Source: an uncultured Acidobacteriota bacterium (GTDB lineage Bacteria > Acidobacteriota > Thermoanaerobaculia > Multivoradales > UBA5704). From it: a stretch of DNA of 64,000 nucleotides. Location of the stretch: assembly GCA_963700145.1 (NCBI GenBank), contig OY969474.1, positions 512,001 to 576,000 on the forward strand. The letters run 5' to 3'. The position numbers were made by a program, and so were the translations under genes. Shown piece by piece: positions 43,336 to 53,128 of the stretch; the stretch's first letter is position 1; every line of letters starts with the position of its first letter. The notes below the pieces were generated by a model, which saw only the letters and a program-made list of their open reading frames with translations, was not told the DNA's origin and did not search any database.

Positions 43336-45594
43336 CTACGGCGCACCTTCGCCGCTCGTCACGGGCGCGTCGGCGTTCTCCGCTCGCTGTCCTTCGAGGA
43401 ACGCCTTGACCTCCTCCGCCGACAGTCTGGCGACCAGCTCGGCCAGCCGCTCGACGCGGCCGGCGTCGGCGACCGGTTTGCCCGTCGCCGCGAGGTGCCG
43501 GGCGAGCCGGGCCGGGCTCGGATGCTCGAAGAGACGGTGGGCATTGATCGAGACGTGCAGCCTCTGGCCCAGACGCGAGACGATCTGAGTCGCGAGCAAG
43601 GAGTCCCCGCTCAGCTCGACGAAGTCGTCGTGAACCCCGACCGGCGTGAAGCCGAAAACCTCCTGCCAGGCGGCGACGATCTGCGTCTCCATCTCGTTCC
43701 GAGGTGCCGTGTAGGGAGTCGACAGGGACGGGCGCGGGCGCGCTCCGGGCGCCGCGACGTTCGCCGCCACCGCGGTGGCATCCGGAGCGGAGCGCGCCGC
43801 GGGCGGGGACTGCACCTCGTAGCGCTGGCGCTGGAAAGGATAGGTGGGAAGCGGTATGCGCCGGCGGCGCCGGCCGGCATGGCGGCGCGCGAAATCGACG
43901 TCGGCTCCCGCGACCCAGAGATAGCCGAGGCTGGCGAGGTCCTCCGACGCCTCGGTGTCCGCGGGCAGCGTCGCGACGGCGACCGTGGCCTGGCCGAGGT
44001 CCTGCGCCAGGGCGGGCAGGTGCCGCGCTCTGACTTCGCCGTTCAGCATGCGAGCGGCGTCGTCGAGGACTGCGCCGAGGCCGGCGGTGTCGCGGTATAC
44101 CGCGGCGCGCCGGCGGCCGAAAGCCCGGCGCCCCGTCTGCAGCGTGTACGCGAGGTCCGACGGATCGACCTCCGGGTGAAGCTCCAGATGGCGCCGTAGA
44201 CGTCGCGTCATCTCTTCGAGGGCCGCGTCGTCGCGGGCCGACAGGACCAGGAGGTGCCATGAGTCCACGGCCGTCGCGGCCTGCTGCGCGGGAGCTTCTT
44301 CGAGGACGACGTGGGCGTTGGTGCCGCCGACGCCGAACGAGCTGACGCCGGCGCGGCGGGGAGAGGCGACGGCCGGCCATGCGGAAAGTCTCGCGTTGAC
44401 GAAGAACGGGCTGTCCTCGAGCGAGATGTCCGGGTGGAGGGACTCGAAGTGGAGGACGGGCGGCAGCTCGCGATGCTCGAGAGCGAGCGTGGCCTTGATG
44501 AGGCTGGCGATGCCCGCAGCCTCGTCCAGGTGTCCCACGTTGGGTTTGCTCGAGCTGAGGGCGCAGAACCCTCGCGCCGCGGTGGAAAGGCGGAACGCGC
44601 GGGTCAGGGCGGCGACCTCCATCGCGTCCCCGAGCGGTGTGCCGACGCCGTGCGCCTCGACGTAACCGATCGTCTCCGCGGGGATCCCGGCGGCGCCGAG
44701 CGCCAGGGTGACGACCTCCGCCTGGCCTTCGACGCACGGGGTGGTGAACCCCGGCTTGCCCGCCCCGTCGTTGTTCACGGCCGAGCCGCGGATGACGGCG
44801 CGTATCGGGTCGCCGTCGGCGACGGCGTCGGAGAGGCGCTTGAGGAGGACCAGCCCGGCCCCGTTGCCGTGGACGGTGCCCACCGCCCGCCGGTCGAAGG
44901 GGCGGCAGCGGCCGTCCGGCGAGAGGGAGAGACCCTCGCGGTAGAGATAGCCCCGCGGCTGCGGGAAGAAGATGGAGACACCTCCGGCCAAGGCCATGTC
45001 GCAGTGGTAGTCGAGCAGGCTCTGACACGCGAGGTGAACGGCGACCAGAGAGGTGGAGCAGGCGGACTGGAGGGCGATGCTGGGCCCCCGCAGGTCGAGC
45101 TTGTAGGAGAGGCGCGCCGTCAGGCTGCCGCCGTCCACCAGGGCCAGCGGTCCTTCCAGGAGCTCCAGCTTCTGCTCGAGCGACATCCGGCTCTCCAGGT
45201 AGGTACTCGGGCCTGCGCCGGCGAACACGCCGATGGCGCCCGCGTAAGCGGCGGGGTCGTAGCCGGCGCTCTCGAGCGCTTCCCAGGCGCACTCCAGGAT
45301 CAAGCGGTGCTGGGGATCGAGCATCTCCGCTTGGCGGGGCGGGATGCCGAAGAAGGGGGCGTCGAACAGAAGGGGGTCCTCGAGCACTCCTCCGGCTTTG
45401 ACGTAGTCGCTCCGCGCGAGCAGCTCGCGGCGGACGCCGGCCGCCGCCAGCTCGGAGTCGCTGAAGAAGCTGATGGACTCCACGCCGTCGCGCAGATTCC
45501 GCCAGAACGTCTCGGGGTCCGACGCTCCGGGGAAGCGGCAAGCCATGCCGATGATGGCCACGCCCTCCAGCGCCGCTTCCGAAGCGCTGTTCAT
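43336..45594 (-). CDS. Type I PKS module KS-[AT deleted]-ACP
   Basis: KS SACSTS/HGVGT/GHL; the KS-AT linker runs almost directly into the post-AT linker LGYLW...PLPTYPFQRQRY with no GHSxG; ACP SGDSL. Confidence 0.9.
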   Translation of the reverse strand: MNSASEAALEGVAIIGMACRFPGASDPETFWRNLRDGVESISFFSDSELAAAGVRRELLARSDYVKAGGVLEDPLLFDAPFFGIPPRQAEMLDPQHRLILECAWEALESAGYDPAAYAGAIGVFAGAGPSTYLESRMSLEQKLELLEGPLALVDGGSLTARLSYKLDLRGPSIALQSACSTSLVAVHLACQSLLDYHCDMALAGGVSIFFPQPRGYLYREGLSLSPDGRCRPFDRRAVGTVHGNGAGLVLLKRLSDAVADGDPIRAVIRGSAVNNDGAGKPGFTTPCVEGQAEVVTLALGAAGIPAETIGYVEAHGVGTPLGDAMEVAALTRAFRLSTAARGFCALSSSKPNVGHLDEAAGIASLIKATLALEHRELPPVLHFESLHPDISLEDSPFFVNARLSAWPAVASPRRAGVSSFGVGGTNAHVVLEEAPAQQAATAVDSWHLLVLSARDDAALEEMTRRLRRHLELHPEVDPSDLAYTLQTGRRAFGRRRAAVYRDTAGLGAVLDDAARMLNGEVRARHLPALAQDLGQATVAVATLPADTEASEDLASLGYLWVAGADVDFARRHAGRRRRRIPLPTYPFQRQRYEVQSPPAARSAPDATAVAANVAAPGARPRPSLSTPYTAPRNEMETQIVAAWQEVFGFTPVGVHDDFVELSGDSLLATQIVSRLGQRLHVSINAHRLFEHPSPARLARHLAATGKPVADAGRVERLAELVARLSAEEVKAFLEGQRAENADAPVTSGEGAP

Positions 45595-48500
45595 GCAGGG
45601 CTCCGGGAGAGTTGCGGCGGGCGCCGGCGGAGCCTTGCCTCGCGCTGCCTGGCGGCCCTCGCCAGCGCCGCCGGGAGCTGCGAGCCGGCGAGTGCCCCCG
45701 GCGCCGGCGAAGCCTCCAGATAGGCGGCGAGGGACTCGATCGTCGGTTGCTCCAGCAGCTCCAGCATCGACAGCTTGCGGCCGAGCCTCGCGGCGATGTG
45801 GGACCGCACCCGGGCCAGGAGCAGAGAGTGACCGCCGAGGTCGAAGAAGCTCTCCGCCGTGCTCACCTCCGGCAGCTCCAGCACCTCCATCCAGATGCCG
45901 GCCAGCGCCGTCTCGACGGCGCCCTGCGGCGGCGAGGGGGGGCGCGCGTAGAGCGGGCGTGCACTCGCAACCGGTAGCGCGCGGCGGTCGACCTTGCCGT
46001 TAGGAGTCAGCGGCAAGGCGTCGAGCGGCACGAACAGCGCCGGCAGCATGTAGTGCGGCAACCGCTGCCGGAGGAAGTCCCGTAGCTCGTCGGTGGCCGG
46101 AGGCTCATCACCCTTCTCGGCGACCAGGTAGGCGATCAGGCGCCGACCGCCGCCCGCGTCGTCGGCGGTGACGACCGCGGCCTGGACGACAGCCGGATGC
46201 GCGACCAGGGCGGACTCGATCTCGCCGAGCTCGATGCGGAAGCCGCGGACCTTGACCTGGCGGTCCGTGCGGCCCAAGAACTCCAGCCTGCCGTTGGGCC
46301 GGTAGCGGGCTCGGTCACCGGTGCGATAGAGGCGCGCTCCGGGTTCGCCGCCGAGCGGGTGCGGGACGAACGCCGCCGCCGTCAGATCGCCACGCCCGAG
46401 ATAGCCTCGCGCCAGCCCCTGACCGCCGATGTAGAGCTCGCCCGGCACTCCCAGCGGCGCGAGCGCGAGCCCGTCGTCGAGAACGAGGAGGGAGGTGTTG
46501 GCGACGGGCCCCGCCACCGGCACCGGACCCGCGCCGCGCTCCACGCGGTGGGCCGCCGACCAGATCGTGGTTTCGGTGGGCCCGTAGAGGTTCCAGAGGC
46601 TCTCGCCGCGGCTCGCCAGCGCCTCGGCGAGCTCGCGCGGAAGCGCCTCACCGCCGCACAGCAGCCGCAGGCCTGGCCGGCCCGACCAGCCGGCCTCGAG
46701 GAGCAGGCGCCAGGTGGCGGGCGTACCCTGCAGGACCGTGGCGCCGCTCTCCTCGAGGAGAGCGGCGAGACGGCCGCCGTCGCCGGCTTCGTCGGCGCGG
46801 GCCAGCACCACGCGTGCCCCGACGCTCAGCGGGAGAAAGAGCTCCAGGCCGGCGATGTCGAAGCTCGGCGTCGTCACCGCCAGCAGGACGTCGCCAGGCG
46901 TGAGCCCCGGCCGCTCGGCCATCGAGCCGAGGAAGCTCACCACGGCGCGGTGCACGATCTCGACCCCCTTGGGCGTTCCCGTGGAGGCCGAGGTGTAGAT
47001 CACGTAGGCCCGGTGGTCGGCTCCCGCCCCACCGTCATGGTGGGAGTCGCTCCAGGCCGCCACGGCCGCGGCATCGGAGTCCAGGCAGACCCGGCGGTGT
47101 GCTCCGGGGAGGCCCGCGAGGCGGCTCTCGGTGATCAGGACGGCGTTGCGGGAGTCCACGAGCATGTGCTCGACGCGGTGCCGCGGATACCCGGGATCGA
47201 TGGGGACGTAGGCGCCTCCCGCCTTGAGCACGCCGAGCAGCGCCACGAGCAGCTCGAGGGAGCGCTCAAGGCAGACGCCGACGAGGACGTCCGGCCCGAC
47301 GCCGAGAGACCGTAGATGGCGTGCCAGCCGGTTGGCCCGGCGGTCCAGCTCACCGAAGGTGAGGCACGCGTCGGCACAGGCCGCGGCCACGGCGTCGGGG
47401 CGGCGGCGAGCCTGGTCCTCGAAGAGCTGATGCAGGCAGTCGGGCCGCGGTCCGACCACCGCGGTGTCGCTCCACTCCGTCAGGAGCTGGTGCTGCTCGG
47501 CCTGGCTCAGGAGCGCGAGCTCCTGGATGCTCACCTCCGGCTGGGCGATGGCGCTCTCCAGAAGGCGTTGGTACTGAGCCGCCAGGCGGGCGACGGTCGG
47601 CGGCGCAAAGAGATCGGTGCTGTACTCCCACTCGAGGAGGGTCTGCTCGTCCTCGGCCCGTGGGACACGGCCGATGCGCTGCTCCGAGCGCGGTGTCACG
47701 ATGACGTTGAGGTCGAACTTGGCCGAGCCGTTGTGCGGATATTCGATGCGTCCGCTCAGCTCCCCGAAGTCCAGGTCCGGCATCGGAGCGTCGTGGAAGC
47801 TGAACATCACCTGGAAGATCGGGTTGAAGCTCGCGTGACGCTCCGGCCGCAGCTCCTGGACCAGACGATCGAAGGGAAGGTCCTGGTGGGCGAAGGCCTC
47901 CAAGGTGACCTGGTGGACACGGGCCAGCACCTCACGGAACGAGGGGGTGCCCGACAGATCGACGCGCAAGGCCAGGTTGTTGATGATCATGCCGAGGATG
48001 CGCTCGGTCTCACGCCGCCGCCGTCCGGCGACCACCGTACCCACCACCAGGTCGGCGCTGCCGTTGTAGCGGTGGAGGAGGGCGTCGAACGCCGCCAGGA
48101 GCACCATGAACGGAGTGGCGCCGCAGCGGCGGCCGAGCTCGCGGGCCGACGTGAAGAGACCGGGTCGCATCGGTTCCTTGTGGACGGCGCCGCGGAAGCT
48201 CTGCGCCGCGGGCCGCGGGGCGTCGGAGGGGAGCTCGGTCACTCCCGGGATGCCTGCCAGCTTCCGTTTCCAGTACTCGAGCTGCAGGGCGGCGGCTGCG
48301 CTCTGGAGCCACTCCCGCTGCCAGACGGCGTAGTCGGCGAACTGCAACGGCAGCTCCGGCAGCGGAGAGGCGGAGCCGGAGGAGATGGCGCGATACAGCT
48401 CTTCGATCTCACCGAGCAGCAGAGCCATCGACCAGCCGTCGTGGAGAAAATGGTGCTCGACCTGGACCAGCAGGTGCTCGCGCGGGCCGAGGCGCAGCAG

Positions 48501-50822
48501 GCTCCAGCGCACGAGCGGCAGGCGCGTCACGTCGAAGCCGGAGCGGCAGTCCGCGCGGAGCAATCTCGTTTCCTCGGTCGCGCGCGCGGGCCCGGGCAGG
48601 CCCGCCAGGTCGACCACCGGCAGGCGCGGGAGCCACGGCGAGTGAAGGCGCTGGAAAGGCTGGCCGTCTTCGCTCGGGAACGAGGTGGCGAGGATCTCGT
48701 GCCGCGCCACGACCTCGGCCAGCGCCACGCGCAGCGCCGCCACGTTCAAGCCACCCGAGAGGCGCACCGTCACGTAGGCGTTGTAGGCGACGTTCGCGGG
48801 GGAGACCTGCTCGAGGAACCAGACGCGCTCCTGTGCGGACGACAGCGGCAGCCGGCCGGTGCGGGGAACGCGCCGCAGCGGCTGACCGTCCGCATGCTCC
48901 GGGGACTCCGGTGCCTGCGCTACGCGGGCGGCGAGCTCGGCCACCGTGGAGTTGCCCAGCAGGATCTCGGCGGGCAGCGCGACCGACAGGCGCTCCCGAA
49001 TCCGGCTCGCCACCTGGGCGGCCATCAGGGAGTGACCGCCCAGCTCCAGGAACCCGTCGTGGACGCCGACCGGACCGCAGCCGAGGAGGTCCTCCCAGAT
49101 CCCTGCCACCAGACTCTCCACCGGGGTCTCCGGCGCCAGGTAGGGGCGGCCGAGGTCACCTCGGGTCCGCGTTGGAGCGGGCAGCGCGCTGCGGTCGATC
49201 TTGCCTGCCGGCGTCAGGGGCAGCTCGTCGAGGAAGCGGAAGGACGCGGGCACCATGTAGGGCGGCAGCTCTCCGGCGACGAAAGCGCGCAGGTCGGCGA
49301 GGTCCGGCCGGCGCTCGCGCGCCACCAGATAGGCCACCAGGCGGAGCGAGCCCGGCACGTCCTCCCACCCGACCACCACCGACGCGGCCACGTTCGGGTG
49401 CCGTAGGAGGACCGACTCCACCTCCGCCGGCTCGATCCGGAAGCCGCGGATCTTGAGCTGGCGATCGGCGCGCCCGAGGAACTCGAGGTTGCCGTCGGGG
49501 AGGCGCCGTGCGAGGTCACCGCTGCGGAACAGCCGCGCCCCGGGGACGGTAGCGCGAGGATCGGGCACGAAGCTGGCGGCGGTGAGGTCGGGGCGGCGCA
49601 GGTAGCCCCGAGCGACACCGGCGCCGCCGAGGTAGAGCTCGCCCGTCGCGCCGTCAGGAAGCGGGTGCAGGTCGGCGTCCAGCACGTGCGCCGCGACGTT
49701 GGCGATCGGTCTGCCGATCGGGACGGATCGGCGGAGGCCTTCCGGTTCGCTCCCCTCCTCCTCCTCCCACACCGTGGCGGTGACCGTGCCCTCGGTGAGA
49801 CCGTAGGCGTTGAGCCAGCGGACGCGGTGCCCCACCGTGCGGCGCCAGAGCTCGAGCTGCTGCGGCAGCACGCGCTCGCTCCCCACGACGACCAGGCGCA
49901 GGCTCTCGGGCCAGGGCAGGGCGGTGCGCCCGATTTCCGAGGCCCAGCCGTGCCAGTACGGGGCAGGCAGGTTGAGGACGGTGAGCGCCTGCGCGCGGGC
50001 AAGCTCCACCATCGCCGCCACGGAAGTCGCCGCCGCGGCGGAGCGCAGTACGACGGCGCTGCCGCTCAGCCAGGAGGGGAAAATCTCTTCCACGGAGACG
50101 TCGAAGCCGATGGCGGCGAACTGAAGGACCCGATCGGCCGGAGAGAGGCAGTATCGGGTAGCGATGGCGTAGCTCAGGTTGAGGAGAGCCCGGTGGGGCA
50201 CCGCGACGCCTTTGGGCACGCCGGTGGAACCGGACGTGAAGATGACGTAGGCGAGGTTCGATGGGCCGGCACCCCCACTGGGCAAGCTGTCCGGACGTCC
50301 CGCGATCGCCTCCCGGTCCCAGTCGACGCGGACCAGAGGCGGCCCGCCCGTGCCGCCGGCCCACGTCGAGGCCGTGACGACCGCCGCCGGCTTCGCCTCG
50401 TCCAGGATCGCCGCGAGGCGTCGCGGCGGCATGGCAGGGTCCAGCGGCAGGTATGCCGCGCCCGCCGCGAGGATGCCGAGGATCGCGACGAAGAGCTGCG
50501 GCGAGGGAGGGAGGCAAACTCCGACCAAGGTCTCGGGGCCCACGCCGAGTGTTTGCAGATGGTGGGCCAGACGATTGGCGCGGCACACCAGCTCCGCATA
50601 GCTCAGGTGATGGTCGTCGCAGACCAGCGCGACGGCGTCGCCCGCCTCGGCCGCTAGAGCGGCGATGAGCTCGTGCACGCACCGGTCCGCAGGGACAGGG
50701 GTTGCCGGACCGTTCGAGAGGTTGGCCTGGTAATGGCCGGCACGCCGGGAAGCGGTCCGATGCTCGCCGCTGGGAAGTTGGGAGCTACCTTCCTCGAGCG
50801 TTCGCGAGCCATCTTGTTCCAC
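45591..50822 (-). CDS. Initiating NRPS A(Arg/basic-like)-T-C(ureido-forming type)-A(Gly)-T
   Basis: Start uncertain (GTG 50822 with AGGGGG upstream; frame open to 50981). A1 code about DVENVGAVTK; T GGHS; C EHHFLHDG; A2 code DILQLGLIWK; T GGHS. Confidence 0.9.
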   Translation of the reverse strand: MEQDGSRTLEEGSSQLPSGEHRTASRRAGHYQANLSNGPATPVPADRCVHELIAALAAEAGDAVALVCDDHHLSYAELVCRANRLAHHLQTLGVGPETLVGVCLPPSPQLFVAILGILAAGAAYLPLDPAMPPRRLAAILDEAKPAAVVTASTWAGGTGGPPLVRVDWDREAIAGRPDSLPSGGAGPSNLAYVIFTSGSTGVPKGVAVPHRALLNLSYAIATRYCLSPADRVLQFAAIGFDVSVEEIFPSWLSGSAVVLRSAAAATSVAAMVELARAQALTVLNLPAPYWHGWASEIGRTALPWPESLRLVVVGSERVLPQQLELWRRTVGHRVRWLNAYGLTEGTVTATVWEEEEGSEPEGLRRSVPIGRPIANVAAHVLDADLHPLPDGATGELYLGGAGVARGYLRRPDLTAASFVPDPRATVPGARLFRSGDLARRLPDGNLEFLGRADRQLKIRGFRIEPAEVESVLLRHPNVAASVVVGWEDVPGSLRLVAYLVARERRPDLADLRAFVAGELPPYMVPASFRFLDELPLTPAGKIDRSALPAPTRTRGDLGRPYLAPETPVESLVAGIWEDLLGCGPVGVHDGFLELGGHSLMAAQVASRIRERLSVALPAEILLGNSTVAELAARVAQAPESPEHADGQPLRRVPRTGRLPLSSAQERVWFLEQVSPANVAYNAYVTVRLSGGLNVAALRVALAEVVARHEILATSFPSEDGQPFQRLHSPWLPRLPVVDLAGLPGPARATEETRLLRADCRSGFDVTRLPLVRWSLLRLGPREHLLVQVEHHFLHDGWSMALLLGEIEELYRAISSGSASPLPELPLQFADYAVWQREWLQSAAAALQLEYWKRKLAGIPGVTELPSDAPRPAAQSFRGAVHKEPMRPGLFTSARELGRRCGATPFMVLLAAFDALLHRYNGSADLVVGTVVAGRRRRETERILGMIINNLALRVDLSGTPSFREVLARVHQVTLEAFAHQDLPFDRLVQELRPERHASFNPIFQVMFSFHDAPMPDLDFGELSGRIEYPHNGSAKFDLNVIVTPRSEQRIGRVPRAEDEQTLLEWEYSTDLFAPPTVARLAAQYQRLLESAIAQPEVSIQELALLSQAEQHQLLTEWSDTAVVGPRPDCLHQLFEDQARRRPDAVAAACADACLTFGELDRRANRLARHLRSLGVGPDVLVGVCLERSLELLVALLGVLKAGGAYVPIDPGYPRHRVEHMLVDSRNAVLITESRLAGLPGAHRRVCLDSDAAAVAAWSDSHHDGGAGADHRAYVIYTSASTGTPKGVEIVHRAVVSFLGSMAERPGLTPGDVLLAVTTPSFDIAGLELFLPLSVGARVVLARADEAGDGGRLAALLEESGATVLQGTPATWRLLLEAGWSGRPGLRLLCGGEALPRELAEALASRGESLWNLYGPTETTIWSAAHRVERGAGPVPVAGPVANTSLLVLDDGLALAPLGVPGELYIGGQGLARGYLGRGDLTAAAFVPHPLGGEPGARLYRTGDRARYRPNGRLEFLGRTDRQVKVRGFRIELGEIESALVAHPAVVQAAVVTADDAGGGRRLIAYLVAEKGDEPPATDELRDFLRQRLPHYMLPALFVPLDALPLTPNGKVDRRALPVASARPLYARPPSPPQGAVETALAGIWMEVLELPEVSTAESFFDLGGHSLLLARVRSHIAARLGRKLSMLELLEQPTIESLAAYLEASPAPGALAGSQLPAALARAARQREARLRRRPPQLSRSPA

Positions 50823-51028
50823 GCAAAAACCCCCTGGACGGAGCTTATCAACATCCTGCGATATTCGGAACGTTGGAGGAACGCAGCAACGCAGCACCTC
50901 ACTTGAGGGTAGGTGCGCCCCAGGATATTCTCGATAGCTGGGTGAAGAATCAGCGAGACCGGGTGGAGCAGATGCGGTCACCGGAGCCGATCGCCGACAT
51001 CGAACGAGCCGTCAAGGAGTGAGGAGCC
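50823..51028. promoter_or_regulatory. Probable divergent promoter region for the cluster and the adjacent small gene
   Basis: AT-richer gap between divergent genes; GATATTC twice (50860, 50924), tandem AACGCAGC twice (50880-50895) and a GCACCT...AGGTGC hairpin. No specific promoter can be assigned. Confidence 0.4.
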
Positions 51029-51376
51029 GTGAACGAACTGGTACAGAGGTTGACGCAGGAGCAGTCCATCGTCGCGAGCCTTCGGCCGGAGCCCTCGTTA
51101 GATGCTCTCAAGGCCGCGCTGGACCGCGGCTATATACACGTCAAGTTCATCGAGACGCGTGGCGGCACCGAGCTTGGGATCCGTCTCGACCGGGAGAGCA
51201 GCGACCTTTCGGGGGCGAACTTCGAACAGGGCATCGGGAGCGTACGGATCGTCGGCAGTTTGGTCCTCGACTACGTGCCGGTCCGGTTCCGCGGGCATCT
51301 CGACCTGGAGAGCCTGAAGGGAACGGGCAGGCTCGAGCCCGAGGGGGAAGGCGATGAGAGCGGAGGCCGATCGTGA
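51029..51376 (+). CDS. Small protein resembling the C-terminal extension domain of long MbtH-domain proteins
   Basis: GAGGAG RBS plus GTG; GYIHVKFIETRGGTELGIRLD...LVLDYVPVR...DLESLKGTGRL resembles (from memory) the domain fused to MbtH in cyanobacterial NRPS clusters; the Trp-rich MbtH core is absent. Confidence 0.6.
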   Translation: MNELVQRLTQEQSIVASLRPEPSLDALKAALDRGYIHVKFIETRGGTELGIRLDRESSDLSGANFEQGIGSVRIVGSLVLDYVPVRFRGHLDLESLKGTGRLEPEGEGDESGGRS

Positions 51377-51416
51377 GCGATCGGAAGATCATCGAGGCCG
51401 TCGGGCCTGACGCCCC

Positions 51417-53111
51417 TCAGAACTTCGACGCCCCGATCCACGTCCCCCACTTGTTCACCCCGGCGGCGAACTTGGTGTAGCTCCAGATCGTGCTGTTGTC
51501 GACGGGGTCGTTGGCGATGCCGGCGTAGTCGCCCCAGCGGTTGCGGCCCTGGTTGTCGAGGCGGACGTAGCGGGCGGTGCCGTCCTTGAGCGGGGCGCTG
51601 GCCTGCAGGGCGCCGAGGGGGTCGGTGGCCAGACGGCCGCTGTAGCGGGCGCTGGCGTGCTCGGCGGCGCCGGAGCGGGAGAAGACCATCGTCATGTTGC
51701 CGTTGCCGTCCGGCATGACGGCGGGGAAGAAGTAGTGCCGGCCGCCGACGCCGAAGATCCCCTGCTGGGTCATCGCGCCGGTGCTCGCGTCGATCTGGAA
51801 CCAGTGGGCAACGGCCATGTTCTCGCCGCCGCTGGTCCAGGCGTGGCGCGAGGTCAGGGCCGCCCACACCGAGCCGCCGCGGAAGACGGCGTTGAGGACG
51901 CGCACGTCGCCGGTGTCGAGCCGCGTCGAGCTGCCCTTCTGGGTAGCATCCGGCGGCAGGCCGTAGGGACGGGTGCCGATGTTGCGGCGGGTCATCACCG
52001 GGTTGCCGAGCGGGTCGGTAAGGGACCAGAGCGAGAGCAAGGTCCGCGTCGGCGTCGTGGTGCTGGGGAAGAGCGAGTTGACGAAGTACTGCACCTGCGG
52101 CGCGCCGTAGGTGTGGCAGGGCTGGAGGGTGAAGGCCGTCGAGCCCTCCGCATTCTTGAAGTTGACCAGGTCGCGGAAGGTGATCGTGCCGCCGAAGTAG
52201 GCGCCGGTCGAGGGGGCGCTCCCCTTGGGCACGATCCGCACCTTCGCGTACTGGAAGCCGCCGCCGAAGCGGAACATGTTGGCGGTCAGATAGAGCGCCT
52301 GGGCGTCGACGCCGAGGCCCGGGTAGTCGGCCCAGTTGTTGGTCTGGGTCGAGCCGTCCTTGGTGGCGTCGAGCTTGTAGTTGAACCAGCCGCCGAGTGG
52401 ATCGGAGGTCTTGGAGATCGAGAGCAGGAAGAACGAGGTGTTGCCCGTCCCGAGCGCCACCGCCAGCAGCACCCAGCGGCCGGCGTGCTGGTCGTAGAGC
52501 GCCTTGGGATCGAAGATCTTGGCCTGTGAAATGACGTTGGCAAACCAGGACACCAGGGTCTTCTGGAGGACCGGCGCGCCGCCGGTCTTGCGGTAGACCT
52601 CGACCGAAGCGTTGACCGCCGCGAGCACGTGCTGCGGCCCGGCGGCGAGGGTGCAGTCGGCGGGGAACCACTGGGTGTCGGCGACGCCGCCGAAGGTGCC
52701 GACGGTGGCAGGAGCGGCGGCGAGCGGTGCACCGACCGCGCCGGCGACCGCCGCGGCAGTCAGGGGGGCCGTCGCCCGCCGCCCGCGGTCGACGGCAAGA
52801 GTGGCCGCCGCCCGCGCCCGCCCGGCGAGGGCGCGCAGGCGCGTGCGCGTCGCGGCGTTCTTGAGCTTGGCGAAGTCCTCGAGGTCGATGGGGTAGCGGG
52901 TGGTGGCCGGGCGCGGGCGGTCGAAGCGCAGGTCGGCCTCGGCGGCCAGCTCGTGCGTCAGCGGGGTCTGGCCGGGCTCGAAGTCGGCGCCGGCCGCCGC
53001 CCGGCCGCTGCGCGGCACGCTGCGGACGCGCTGGAGGCGAGGCGACGGCGCGGCGGCACGCGCCTTCGGGGTCTTCGTCCTGCGTCGCGCCGGCTTCCGT
53101 TTCGTGGCCAT
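51417..53111 (-). CDS. Hypothetical beta-rich protein with basic, low-complexity N-terminus
   Basis: ATG 53111 with GGAGA RBS; strong GC3 bias; motifs AAGPQH, FDPKALYD, WADYPGLGVD, RWGDY. Confidence 0.75.
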   Translation of the reverse strand: MATKRKPARRRTKTPKARAAAPSPRLQRVRSVPRSGRAAAGADFEPGQTPLTHELAAEADLRFDRPRPATTRYPIDLEDFAKLKNAATRTRLRALAGRARAAATLAVDRGRRATAPLTAAAVAGAVGAPLAAAPATVGTFGGVADTQWFPADCTLAAGPQHVLAAVNASVEVYRKTGGAPVLQKTLVSWFANVISQAKIFDPKALYDQHAGRWVLLAVALGTGNTSFFLLSISKTSDPLGGWFNYKLDATKDGSTQTNNWADYPGLGVDAQALYLTANMFRFGGGFQYAKVRIVPKGSAPSTGAYFGGTITFRDLVNFKNAEGSTAFTLQPCHTYGAPQVQYFVNSLFPSTTTPTRTLLSLWSLTDPLGNPVMTRRNIGTRPYGLPPDATQKGSSTRLDTGDVRVLNAVFRGGSVWAALTSRHAWTSGGENMAVAHWFQIDASTGAMTQQGIFGVGGRHYFFPAVMPDGNGNMTMVFSRSGAAEHASARYSGRLATDPLGALQASAPLKDGTARYVRLDNQGRNRWGDYAGIANDPVDNSTIWSYTKFAAGVNKWGTWIGASKF

Positions 53112-53128
53112 CGCTTTCTCCCGCCCGG

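Noticed and set aside
50702-51022. 106-aa plus-strand ORF upstream of the MbtH-associated gene, considered as a split MbtH
   Set aside because: Lacks the MbtH NxExQxSxWP and WTDxRP motifs and overlaps the NRPS start and promoter gap.
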